NCBI GenBank assembly: GCA_965208835.1
Contig: OZ242358.1
Span: 1,216,001 to 1,280,000 of the forward strand
Origin: Candidatus Latescibacterota bacterium
Lineage (GTDB): Bacteria > Latescibacterota > UBA2968 > GCA-2709665
Direction of reading: 5' to 3'
DNA length: 64,000 bases
Program-made: the position numbers and the translations under genes
Part shown: positions 9,384-17,957 of the stretch, in pieces
Numbering within the stretch: position 1 is the stretch's first letter
How the letters are laid out: every line of letters begins with the position of its first letter
The notes under the pieces: generated by a model
Databases searched by the model: none
Seen by the model: the letters and a program-made list of their open reading frames with translations, nothing else
Told to the model about the DNA's origin: nothing

Positions 9384-10658
9384 ATGTTGAACGGTGGCGC
9401 AATCACCCTTGACATCACGCCGCCGCTGGGAACGCTGATTCCGGGCCTGTTTCACGAACGCAGGGCGGAGGGGATCCACGATCCGCTGAACGTGCGCAGT
9501 TTTGTCCTGGAGCGTGACGGTACGGGCATCGCGATCTCCGTCTGCGATCTCGTCGGCGTGTCGCGGACATACCTGGACGCGGCAAAGGCGCGAATTGCCG
9601 GGACCACCGGTCTGGCTCCGGAACGGGTGATGATCTGCTGTACCCACACCCACTCCGGCGCCCAGACGGGAGATGACGCATATACGGCATTCCTGGTGGA
9701 ACGGATTGCCGATTCCGTGCGCATCGCCTGGGACGGACGCGACGCGGTGGGTGCAGGCTGGGGGCGCGCGGAAGAGGGCCGGCCGGTGTTCAACCGGCGG
9801 TTTCATATGGCAGACGGCACGGTGCGGACCAACCCCGGTACCGGCAATCCCGACGTGGTGCGGGCCGCGGGCCCCGTTGACCCGGACGTGGGTGTGCTCT
9901 GTATTCAGAAAACGGATGGCGCAACCGTGGGACTGTTGTGCAACTACGCGTTGCACTACGTGGGCGGGGGTGACCACGAGCGGGAGATCTCGGCAGACTA
10001 TTTCGGATATTTTTCGAGTCTCATTCAGCGCATGCGAGGCCAACGGTTTACGGCGGCGCTTTCGAACGGCGCTTCGGGCGACATCAACAACCACGACGTG
10101 ATCGGAGGCAGCCGAAGCGCGAACGACCGGCACCAGCATTCGGAACGCGTCGCCGCGCTGGTGGCTGCCCAGGCCTTCTGGGCATGGAACGGGATGGATT
10201 TCGCCCGTGACCTGCCTCTCGGCGCTGAAATGGTGGAAGTGGCGCTTCAGCGCAAGGCCGGCCCTTCTCCGGCCGATATCACCCGGGCCAGGGAAATCGA
10301 CCAAGAGGGTCGAGGGACCATGGCGGAGCGGGCGTTCGCCCGGCGGATTCTGCGCCGCATGGCGGAAGTGCCGGAAGCGTCGCGAACGTGGGTGCAGGCG
10401 CTTCGAATCGGAAACCTGGCCCTCGTGGGCGTGCCGGGAGAACTGCTGGTAAGACTCGGGCTGGAAATCAAGCGTCGGTCTCCGTTCGGTCAGACGATGG
10501 TCCTGGAACTGGCAAACGACAGTGTGGGTTATCTGCCGGACGAACAGGCCTATAGAGAAGGCGGTTACGAACCCGAAGCGGCCCTCTTCACGCCGGGATC
10601 GGGCGAACAGATCGTGGAAGCAGCCGTTAACCTGCTGGACAGGTTGCATGCATCGTAG
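9384..10658 (+). CDS. Neutral/alkaline ceramidase-like hydrolase
   Basis: DITPP, HDPL, CTHTHSG, NYALH, GASGDIN, GVPGE, LANDSVGYLP motifs; RBS GAGGAGG. Confidence 0.75.
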   Translation: MLNGGAITLDITPPLGTLIPGLFHERRAEGIHDPLNVRSFVLERDGTGIAISVCDLVGVSRTYLDAAKARIAGTTGLAPERVMICCTHTHSGAQTGDDAYTAFLVERIADSVRIAWDGRDAVGAGWGRAEEGRPVFNRRFHMADGTVRTNPGTGNPDVVRAAGPVDPDVGVLCIQKTDGATVGLLCNYALHYVGGGDHEREISADYFGYFSSLIQRMRGQRFTAALSNGASGDINNHDVIGGSRSANDRHQHSERVAALVAAQAFWAWNGMDFARDLPLGAEMVEVALQRKAGPSPADITRAREIDQEGRGTMAERAFARRILRRMAEVPEASRTWVQALRIGNLALVGVPGELLVRLGLEIKRRSPFGQTMVLELANDSVGYLPDEQAYREGGYEPEAALFTPGSGEQIVEAAVNLLDRLHAS

Positions 10659-10707
10659 ATCCCGGCCCAATTGGGTTTTTCAAAAAAACAGCTTCCAAGG
10701 AGGAAAA

Positions 10708-11751
10708 ATGGCGGACAAAGTTCGAATTGGCATCATCGGCGCCGGCGGCATTTTCCGGAGCCGTCATTTCCCCGGGCTGGCGAAGATCGGGGATGCGGAG
10801 GTGGTTGCCATCTGCAACCGGAGCGAGGCAAGCGCGGGCGCAATCGCGCGCGAATTCGGCCTGTCGCCGAGACTGATGTCGGATCCGTACGCGTTGATCG
10901 GGAGCGAGGACGTGGACGCGGTGATGATCGGTACGTGGCCGTACCGCCACTGCGAATACGTGCTGGCGTCCCTTGATGCGGGAAAGCACGTCTTCGTGCA
11001 GGCGAGGATGGCGATGAACCTTCGCGAGGCAAAGGCCATGTACGCCAGGGCGCAGGAGACGGGCCTCGTCACGCAGATCTGCCCGTCGCCGATGGCGATG
11101 AAGGGCGACTGGTTCATCCAGCGGCTGATCCGGGAGGGATACCTGGGAGACATCTACCATGTCTATACCCGGTCGTTCAGCGGCGACAGCTGTGACCCCG
11201 ACAATCCGCTTCACTGGCGGCAGATTGACCGGTATTCGGGTTTGAACGCGCTGAACATGGGCATCCTGGTGGAAATCGTGCAACGCTGGGCAGGCCAGAT
11301 GAAGACGATTTCGGCGCACGCGGAGACGTTCATCAGGACGCGGCCGCTGGATAACGGTCAGGGTAAGGGACCGGTGGAACGCCCCGATTCGGTACACATC
11401 ATGGGTCAGATGGAGAACGGCGCGCAGGCCGCATTTTTGTTTTCCTCCGTGGCGAGGTTCGGCATGGATCCGCAGGTGGAACTCTACGGCAGCGAGGGGA
11501 CCCTGGTCTACAAGCTGGACAGCGATACCATTCTGGGCGGGCGAGTCGGAGACGTCGGATTGTCCGAAATCTCCATTCCGGACGGCGAGGCGCGCGAGTG
11601 GACCGTGGAACAGGATTTCGTGAGCGCGATTCAGGGCGGGCCTCCGGGAGATACCACCTTCAAAGCCGGCCTTAAGTACATGGCGTTTACGGAGGCAGTC
11701 TTCCGATCCGTGGAACGCGGTAGCGTTGTGCGTCTGCCCCTGGTGGATTGA
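10708..11751 (+). CDS. Gfo/Idh/MocA family oxidoreductase
   Basis: VRIGIIGAGG Rossmann motif, DVDAV, AGKHV (EKP replaced by QAR); RBS AGGAGG. Confidence 0.9.
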   Translation: MADKVRIGIIGAGGIFRSRHFPGLAKIGDAEVVAICNRSEASAGAIAREFGLSPRLMSDPYALIGSEDVDAVMIGTWPYRHCEYVLASLDAGKHVFVQARMAMNLREAKAMYARAQETGLVTQICPSPMAMKGDWFIQRLIREGYLGDIYHVYTRSFSGDSCDPDNPLHWRQIDRYSGLNALNMGILVEIVQRWAGQMKTISAHAETFIRTRPLDNGQGKGPVERPDSVHIMGQMENGAQAAFLFSSVARFGMDPQVELYGSEGTLVYKLDSDTILGGRVGDVGLSEISIPDGEAREWTVEQDFVSAIQGGPPGDTTFKAGLKYMAFTEAVFRSVERGSVVRLPLVD

Positions 11752-11777
11752 ACGTATCAGCCGAAAGGACCGTTGTC

Positions 11778-12794
11778 GTGTCAGCTGAATATCGAGTCGC
11801 CGTGGTCGGTACAGGATACATCGGCCTGGAGCACATCAAGGCGATCGCGGCCCATCCGCGTGCGAGGTTGCGCGCGATCTGCGGATCGGCGCGCAGCGCC
11901 GGTCGATTGGAGGAGTTGAAGGCCGAATACGGCGCCGATCGCGTGACGGCGGATTACGGGGGGGTTGTCGTGGACGAGGCGGTTGACGTGGTGTACCTCT
12001 GCACGCCCAACCGGCTGCACGCCGACGAGGCCGTTGCCGCGCTGGAGGCCGGCAAGCACGTGTTCTGCGAGAAGCCGATGGCGACCACGTTGCAGGACTG
12101 CCGCCGCATGGTTGCCGCGGTAGAAGGATCGGGCCGTCAGTTGATGGTGGGCCACGGCGCGCGTTTCAGGCAATTGCACCGGGCCGTGAAGGACCTGTTC
12201 GATTCGGGCAAGCTCGGCGAGGCCTGTTTCTGCGAATCGGATTACGTCCATTCGCTGGGGCCGTTTCTCGCGGGCACGGGTCACCAATGGTGGCGGCACC
12301 GGGAGGAGGGTCAGTTCGCGGTGATCGGCGGGGCGTGCCATCCGCTGGACCTGATGCGCTGGATCGTGGGGGAGATGGAGGAGGTTTCGGCCTACGGCGT
12401 TACGAAGGTCCTGCACGACGTGGACTGGCACGATACGGTGATCGCTTCGCTGAAGTTCAGGAACGGCGCGGTGGGAAAGTGCCTGGTGTCCGTTGGCGCA
12501 CCGCGGCCCTATTCGATGACGTTCAATCTCTATGGCACCGAGGGCACGGTAGAAGAGAACCGGCTCTATCTGAGAGAGTTCGGAGAAATTGAGGAGTTTG
12601 CGGAGATCCCGTTTCCGGTGCTGGGCGAGGTACACGCCTGTGCCGAGGAACTGTCGCATTTCCTGCACTGCCTGGACACGGGCGAATCGCCGATGATCGA
12701 CGTAAAGGACGGCGCGCGGACGATGGCGGCGTGTTTCGCGGTCGCTGAGTCGATCGAAACCGGCACGCCTGTCAGTGTGGTAACGGAATTCTGA
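11778..12794 (+). CDS. Gfo/Idh/MocA family oxidoreductase
   Basis: VAVVGTGYIG, CTPNRLH, AGKHVFCEKPMA, HPLD motifs. Confidence 0.92.
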   Translation: MSAEYRVAVVGTGYIGLEHIKAIAAHPRARLRAICGSARSAGRLEELKAEYGADRVTADYGGVVVDEAVDVVYLCTPNRLHADEAVAALEAGKHVFCEKPMATTLQDCRRMVAAVEGSGRQLMVGHGARFRQLHRAVKDLFDSGKLGEACFCESDYVHSLGPFLAGTGHQWWRHREEGQFAVIGGACHPLDLMRWIVGEMEEVSAYGVTKVLHDVDWHDTVIASLKFRNGAVGKCLVSVGAPRPYSMTFNLYGTEGTVEENRLYLREFGEIEEFAEIPFPVLGEVHACAEELSHFLHCLDTGESPMIDVKDGARTMAACFAVAESIETGTPVSVVTEF

Positions 12795-12828
12795 AGGGGT
12801 TTCAGTGTGTCATTGAAGGGTTTCAAGG

Positions 12829-13686
12829 ATGGGTGACGTACGGCTCGTGGCGTTCGATCTGGATGGTACGCTGCTCGACGACCGGGGCCGGATGTCAAAC
12901 GAGTCTGTGGAGGCGCTTCGGCGACTGGCGCTCTCCGGCATCGCGATGGCATCGATCAGCGGCCGAAACGTGGGGAAGAGTCTGGCGCCGTTTTCGCCCG
13001 ATCTGAGACCGGCGCTGCACGTGGGAAGTTATAATGGCGCGATGGTGCTGGGAACGGGCGCGGATGACGAACGGCCGTTGTTGCACGAACAACGATTGCC
13101 GGAGGATGGCTTTCCCGGTGTGCTGGACTTCATCGGCGACAGCCGGTTGAATTTCATCTATTGCCGGTGCGAGGCCGACGCTCCCGGTCTCAACGAGGCC
13201 TATCTTACGGACGATGAGACCCGGTGGATCCGATATCTCGTGCGGATGACCGGCGTGAGAATCGTGGTGAAGCCGGATCTGTTGGCCGGGGCGCGGGATT
13301 TCGTGCCGCCGCCGAAGATGATTGTGCTGCCCGGTCCTGAGCGACGGGAAGCGGTGTTCCAGGACATGCGTGCGGCGTTCGGGGGGCAATTCTATCTCGC
13401 CCGCACGGGTGACGACCGGATCGAGATCATGCATCCCGAGGTGAACAAGGCGGTCGCGTTGCGTGAAATCTGCGATGCGTGCGGCGTCGCTCCTTCACAG
13501 TCGCTTGCGATTGGAGACGGGGACAACGATCTGCCGATGCTGAAGGCGGCGGGCATCGGCGTGCTGATGGGAAACGCGGACCGTCTGACCAGGGATTCAG
13601 CCGCCGAGGGGGGCGTGCGGATGTGCGGGTCGCTGGAGCATGAAGGGTTCTCGAAGACCGTGGCGAGTGTTCTGTCCTGGAAATAG
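12829..13686 (+). CDS. Cof-type HAD-IIB hydrolase
   Basis: FDLDGTLL, SGR, NKA and GDGDNDLPML motifs; last codons and stop lie inside MITE B2. Confidence 0.9.
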   Translation: MGDVRLVAFDLDGTLLDDRGRMSNESVEALRRLALSGIAMASISGRNVGKSLAPFSPDLRPALHVGSYNGAMVLGTGADDERPLLHEQRLPEDGFPGVLDFIGDSRLNFIYCRCEADAPGLNEAYLTDDETRWIRYLVRMTGVRIVVKPDLLAGARDFVPPPKMIVLPGPERREAVFQDMRAAFGGQFYLARTGDDRIEIMHPEVNKAVALREICDACGVAPSQSLAIGDGDNDLPMLKAAGIGVLMGNADRLTRDSAAEGGVRMCGSLEHEGFSKTVASVLSWK

Positions 13687-13831
13687 GTTGCCGAAATTCG
13701 GTGGCTGAGTCGCACGGCTGGCAAGGCGCCTGAGCGAGGTGACCTGGGCAAGGTCAGCGAGCGAAGGCAACGAAGCAAGACGGGATGAATCAGCCGAAGA
13801 ATGGTGACATATTTCCGGGACGGGACACCAT
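13666..13831. mobile_element. MITE family B copy 2
   Basis: TIRs GTGTTCTGTCCTGGAAA / TTTCCGGGACGGGACAC; homologous to 4801-4964. Confidence 0.85.
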
Positions 13832-13854
13832 GTACGTGTCGGACGGCTAGCGTT

Positions 13855-14622
13855 TCATTCCGATCGGTTCTCGGAATCACCGTCGATACGCGCCCGAAGG
13901 TCCACGCTGCTGGACAGAATGTGCTCCTCCATGGCCCGCTGCGCGGCTTCGGCGTCGCGTTTCCGGATGGCTCGCACGATTTTTACGTGTTCTTCCACCG
14001 ACATCCGGGCCCGCACCTCCGCCGTATGGGTTGCGGATTCCTCCAGGCTGGCCCCGATCCACTCCTGAAGGTAGTTACGTATCATTACAAGGAGGTTGCG
14101 GAGGATCGAATTCTGGGTTGCCCGGGCAATGGCCAGATGGAACTGCACGTCGAACTCAAGGAATTCGCCGGGCCGGTTCAGAGATGCCTCGATTCCACGG
14201 ATCGTTCGGTCGAATTCCCGGAGGTCGGCTTCCGTGGCGCGCCCGGCGGCAAGGAATGCATTACGTGATTCCAGCATAAGCCGCGTTTCCACGAGGTCCG
14301 TGACTTCCTTCGGATCCAGCAGCAGGCCCCAGCTCAGGGATTTCTCCAGGTATCGGCCAGTATTGTCGCTGACGAACGTACCCTCACCCACCCGGGGTTC
14401 CAGGATGCCCATCACGGAGAGTGTGCGGAGGGCTTCCCTGAGGGAGGTCCTGCCGACCCCGAACTGTTTGCACAGGCTTCGTTCCGGCGGCAGCCGATCG
14501 CCCGGTTTCAGCACGTCCCGGGAGATCAGGTCGATGATCTGGCCGACGATTTCGTCGCTCAGCGACGTGCGCCTGACGGGCGTCATCTGCTCGAGTGCCG
14601 GGGCCTTCGGTTTTCGAGTCAC
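13855..14622 (-). CDS. FadR/GntR family transcriptional regulator
   Basis: LKPGDRLPPERSLCKQFGVGRTSLREAL HTH; FCD domain (FDVQFHLAIARATQN, EEH, MEEHI). Confidence 0.95.
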   Translation of the reverse strand: MTRKPKAPALEQMTPVRRTSLSDEIVGQIIDLISRDVLKPGDRLPPERSLCKQFGVGRTSLREALRTLSVMGILEPRVGEGTFVSDNTGRYLEKSLSWGLLLDPKEVTDLVETRLMLESRNAFLAAGRATEADLREFDRTIRGIEASLNRPGEFLEFDVQFHLAIARATQNSILRNLLVMIRNYLQEWIGASLEESATHTAEVRARMSVEEHVKIVRAIRKRDAEAAQRAMEEHILSSSVDLRARIDGDSENRSE

Positions 14623-14723
14623 GATATCTCAAACCTTTCTTCTTGATGCGCGAATCGCCCGTTCGTCACGCCCGTAAGATTTCGCTTTACAATGACTTCT
14701 TTTTAGGTTACCCTTAAATGCAG

Positions 14724-14738
14724 AATTGGTCTGACCAT
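14724..14738. promoter_or_regulatory. FadR-subfamily operator palindrome AATTGGTCTGACCAT
   Basis: TGGTC-T-GACCA at 14727-14737 matches the LldR/PdhR-type TGGT-N3-ACCA consensus and lies between the GntR gene and the divergent operon. Confidence 0.75.
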
Positions 14739-14806
14739 CATCATAACAGTAAAAGAATAGACGGGGTTCCCCGCTGTCAAGGGAAAACTTGCCGGAGGAT
14801 GGCACA

Positions 14807-15436
14807 ATGGGCCAAACCGTCGATATCGGAACGCGCATCGAACTGGTGCCCATGGATCCGCATTTTCATGAAATCACGATCGGCCTCTACCGGCAGGAGT
14901 ACGACGGGGCTCCCGTGTATTGCGTACATACGTACAGCGGAAGAGCAGGAGCCGACCAACGGATCGCATTCGTCTCCAACGCGATGGTGGTTCTGGGCGG
15001 AATGGCGCAGACACCCGACGGGCTGCTTCGATTTCCGTGCGGAGAAGCCCACGAACTGGCCTGCCGGCGGGTCTTCCTCGAGGCGTGCAAGCTGGATTCC
15101 GGCGGCGAGCTGAAAGCCCGTCCACTGACGATTGTCGACAGGAAGTCCGGATTGAACATCACGGTGTCCCGTGCGGGCAGCGGCGAGTACCGCGTCGAAG
15201 CCGCAGGGGAGGGAAAGGACGGCGCGCGGAGAATCGCGGCAATCGCGGGCGGGTTGGCCAAGCTCGGAGAAATGCAGTCTCGAAGCCCGGATACGGTCGC
15301 ATTTTCGTGCGGACACTACCACGACGCTGTTGTGGGACTGCTTCTGGTTCGGGCCCCGAACGTCCGGGCAGCGGTTCGCGAACAGGAGACGTCGGGTGCC
15401 CGCGGTGTCCTGGCTGCGCCCAGCCAGCAGCGGTAG
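14807..15436 (+). CDS. Hypothetical protein, first gene of the methyl-transfer operon
   Basis: RBS GGAGG, GC3-rich codons; FPCGEAH and FSCGHYHD duplicated Cys/His motifs; no family recognised. Confidence 0.75.
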   Translation: MGQTVDIGTRIELVPMDPHFHEITIGLYRQEYDGAPVYCVHTYSGRAGADQRIAFVSNAMVVLGGMAQTPDGLLRFPCGEAHELACRRVFLEACKLDSGGELKARPLTIVDRKSGLNITVSRAGSGEYRVEAAGEGKDGARRIAAIAGGLAKLGEMQSRSPDTVAFSCGHYHDAVVGLLLVRAPNVRAAVREQETSGARGVLAAPSQQR

Positions 15437-15460
15437 TGCCGGCGCGTAAACGATCTATAA

Positions 15461-15620
15461 CAGCCCGTTGAAAAAGCCCATCCGGGCTACGGCCGGCCCT
15501 TGCGGTCGAAATACTGCGTTGCGCGCTCTCGCCGAATCGCAGGATGGGACTCGGTTGCGCGCCTTGTCTTCGGCCACAATGGCTCGGCCTCGCCTGCAGA
15601 GCGACTTTGTCAACGGACTG
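15461..15620. mobile_element. MITE family A copy 2 (no nested insert)
   Basis: TIRs CAGCCCGTTGAAAAAG / CTTTGTCAACGGACTG; reverse-complement homolog of A1 minus the B insert. Confidence 0.85.
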
Positions 15621-15640
15621 TCAAACAGGAGAGTGAGAAT

Positions 15641-16687
15641 ATGGCGACTCAACCGGTGGGTCCGATGACCGGCCGCGAGCGCGTTCTGGCGGCGCTGAAC
15701 CGGGAGCCGGTGGACCGTACGCCCGTGTGCAATCCGACGTCGGTGGCGACGGTGGAGTTGATGGATCTGGTGGACGCGCCCTTTCCGCAGGCGAACCGCG
15801 ACCCGGAACTGATGGCCCGCCTTGCCGCAACGGGGCATACGGAGCTGGGGTTCGATTCGGTCATGCCGGTGTTCACGATTATACAGGAGTCGTCCGCATT
15901 GGGCTGCAAGATCCAGTGGGAGCAGAAAGACAACTGGCCCACCGTAAGGATGCGCGAGCCCATCTGGGAAGACGTGGACGACATTCAGATTCCACCTGAC
16001 CTGCTCACGCACCAGGATACGAAGTGCGTGCTGGATGCGATCCGGATTCTGAAGAAGGAATACGGAGATGACGTGGCCGTTATCGGCAAGACAATGGGCC
16101 CATGGTCGCTGGGATATCACTGCTTCGGCGTGGAGCCCTTTCTGCTCATGTCTCTGGACGACCCGGACAAGACCAAGGAATGTCTTGACAGAATGAAAGA
16201 CGTGACCGTGGACTTTGGAGTGGCGCAGATCGAGGCGGGCGCGGATGCGCTCACGGTGCCCGATCACGCGACGGGCGACCTGGTGAGCGGGGAATACTAC
16301 AAGCGGTATCTGCGCGACCTGCATATCGAGTTCGTGGAGCGGATCCCGATTCCGCTGATTCTGCACATCTGCGGGCGGACGGTGGACCGGATGGAGTACA
16401 TCGCGCAGACGGGAATGTCCGCATTCCATTACGACTCGAAAAACGAGCCGGGCGAATCCATGGCGGCGGTGAAGGAGCGGATCTCGCTGGTGGGCAACAT
16501 CAATAATCCGGAGACGCTGTTTTCAAAAGGGCCGGAGGCGGTCCGCCAGGAGGTCTTCAGGAACCTGGACGCAGGCGTGCATCTCGTCGGTCCGGAGTGC
16601 GCGATACCGCTGCAGACGTCAATCGAGAACCTGAAGGAGATTCCCGGAGCAGTCCGGGACTGGCACCGGGAGATGCAGGCGGGATAA
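15641..16687 (+). CDS. MtaA/CmuA family corrinoid methyltransferase (URO-D fold)
   Basis: MTGRERVLAAL..EPVDRTPV start, GKTMGPWSL, Zn-binding ILHICG...PECAIP (H-x-C...C), LVGNINN. Confidence 0.88.
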   Translation: MATQPVGPMTGRERVLAALNREPVDRTPVCNPTSVATVELMDLVDAPFPQANRDPELMARLAATGHTELGFDSVMPVFTIIQESSALGCKIQWEQKDNWPTVRMREPIWEDVDDIQIPPDLLTHQDTKCVLDAIRILKKEYGDDVAVIGKTMGPWSLGYHCFGVEPFLLMSLDDPDKTKECLDRMKDVTVDFGVAQIEAGADALTVPDHATGDLVSGEYYKRYLRDLHIEFVERIPIPLILHICGRTVDRMEYIAQTGMSAFHYDSKNEPGESMAAVKERISLVGNINNPETLFSKGPEAVRQEVFRNLDAGVHLVGPECAIPLQTSIENLKEIPGAVRDWHREMQAG

Positions 16688-16702
16688 GGGGGCAGGTGAG
16701 AA

Positions 16703-17473
16703 ATGGCGGAAATCACCGACATCGTAAACGAATTCATCCGCGACGAAATCGAGGAGTTCCTCGAGCGGGAAGACGAACGGGAGCGGGCGATCGCCACGTT
16801 CGCCGAGGTTACTCCCGATATGCAGGCGATTGCCGCGGCCCTGATCGACGGCGACCATCACGAAGTGGACGCGTTGACCAAAGCCGCTCTGGATGCCGGC
16901 ACCGGTGCGCTGGAGGTGATGGACGACGGATTGATCGCGGGAATGGGCATTGTGGGGATCAAATTCCGCGAGAACTTCATCTTCGTTCCGGAAGTGCTGG
17001 CCTGCGCACGTGCGATGAAGGCCGGTATGGCCTATATCGAACCCATTCTGTCCGCGTCGGGCATCGAGCCGATCGGAACGGTAATCATGGGAACTGTAAA
17101 AGGCGACCTGCACGACATCGGAAAGAACCTCTGCATCATGATGCTTCGCGGCGCGGGGTTTGTCGTTCACGATCTGGGGGTGGACACGTCGGAGGACGAA
17201 TTCATGGATGCCGTGGAGGAACACGGCGCACCGCTGCTGGGGATGTCGGCGCTGCTGACGACCACAATGCCCAATATGGGCAAGACGATCGAGGCCTTCA
17301 TCGACGCGGATCTGCGTGAAGACGTGAAGATCATGGTGGGGGGCGCGCCCGTTACGCAGGAATTCGCCGACGATATGGGCGCGGACGGGTACGGCAAAGA
17401 CGCGATGGCGTGCGTGACCCTGGCCAAAGACCTGCTCGACGAGATGAAGGCAGAGACCAACCTGAATGTGTGA
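16703..17473 (+). CDS. Corrinoid (cobalamin-binding) protein
   Basis: Cap domain GLIAGMGIVGIKF..NFIFVPEVL and B12 motif GTVKGDLHDIGKN...MSALLTTT...VGGAPVT. Confidence 0.95.
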   Translation: MAEITDIVNEFIRDEIEEFLEREDERERAIATFAEVTPDMQAIAAALIDGDHHEVDALTKAALDAGTGALEVMDDGLIAGMGIVGIKFRENFIFVPEVLACARAMKAGMAYIEPILSASGIEPIGTVIMGTVKGDLHDIGKNLCIMMLRGAGFVVHDLGVDTSEDEFMDAVEEHGAPLLGMSALLTTTMPNMGKTIEAFIDADLREDVKIMVGGAPVTQEFADDMGADGYGKDAMACVTLAKDLLDEMKAETNLNV

Positions 17474-17476
17474 GCC

Positions 17477-17674
17477 TAACCTCGATTCGTACGGTTTCGT
17501 GGACGTTAAATCGAATTCATGCAAATTGATAGCGGCGATTAAACTGCGGATTACCAGGATACACCAGGGCACTGGACGTGAACGGAAACAATGTCCCTCC
17601 GGACGACCTTTTCGCCCCGTTTCGGTAGGCTTCGTCGCGTTACCGCGTTGCCGTTTTTTTCGAATTGAGGCTTA
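17477..17674. mobile_element. MITE family C copy 1
   Basis: TIRs TAACCTCGATTCG / CGAATTGAGGCTTA; ~198 bp; homologous to 22411-22606 and 56248-56564. Confidence 0.85.
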
Positions 17675-17676
17675 CC

Positions 17677-17952
17677 GTGCAGAAGATTGACAAAGAGGAA
17701 TATCAGAAGCGTCTGGACAGGATCACGGAACTGTTCGCCGGAATGATCGCCCATGCCGATGAACTTTCAACCGTCCGGTGCCCCTACAAGAACCGTTTCG
17801 ACGAGTGTACCGCCAGGTTCGGCTGCAGAAATCAGCGGAGGCCGCGTCCGGGCGGAACGCTGCTGATGTGCGGTGGAGACGACAAGCTGGACTACCGCGG
17901 CGCGTGGGAAACGGAGACAGAACTTGGCGCATTCGTCGGGAGCGACGAATAG
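17677..17952 (+). CDS. Small Cys-rich hypothetical protein
   Basis: GTG start; RCPYKNRFDECTARFGCRN...MCGGDD (4 Cys); 5 bp before the ASKHA gene. Confidence 0.7.
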   Translation: MQKIDKEEYQKRLDRITELFAGMIAHADELSTVRCPYKNRFDECTARFGCRNQRRPRPGGTLLMCGGDDKLDYRGAWETETELGAFVGSDE

Positions 17953-17957
17953 TACGC

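Noticed and set aside
14623-14806. Cobalamin or SAM riboswitch upstream of the B12 operon
   Set aside because: Region is short and lacks B12-box or S-box motifs; it contains a FadR-type operator instead
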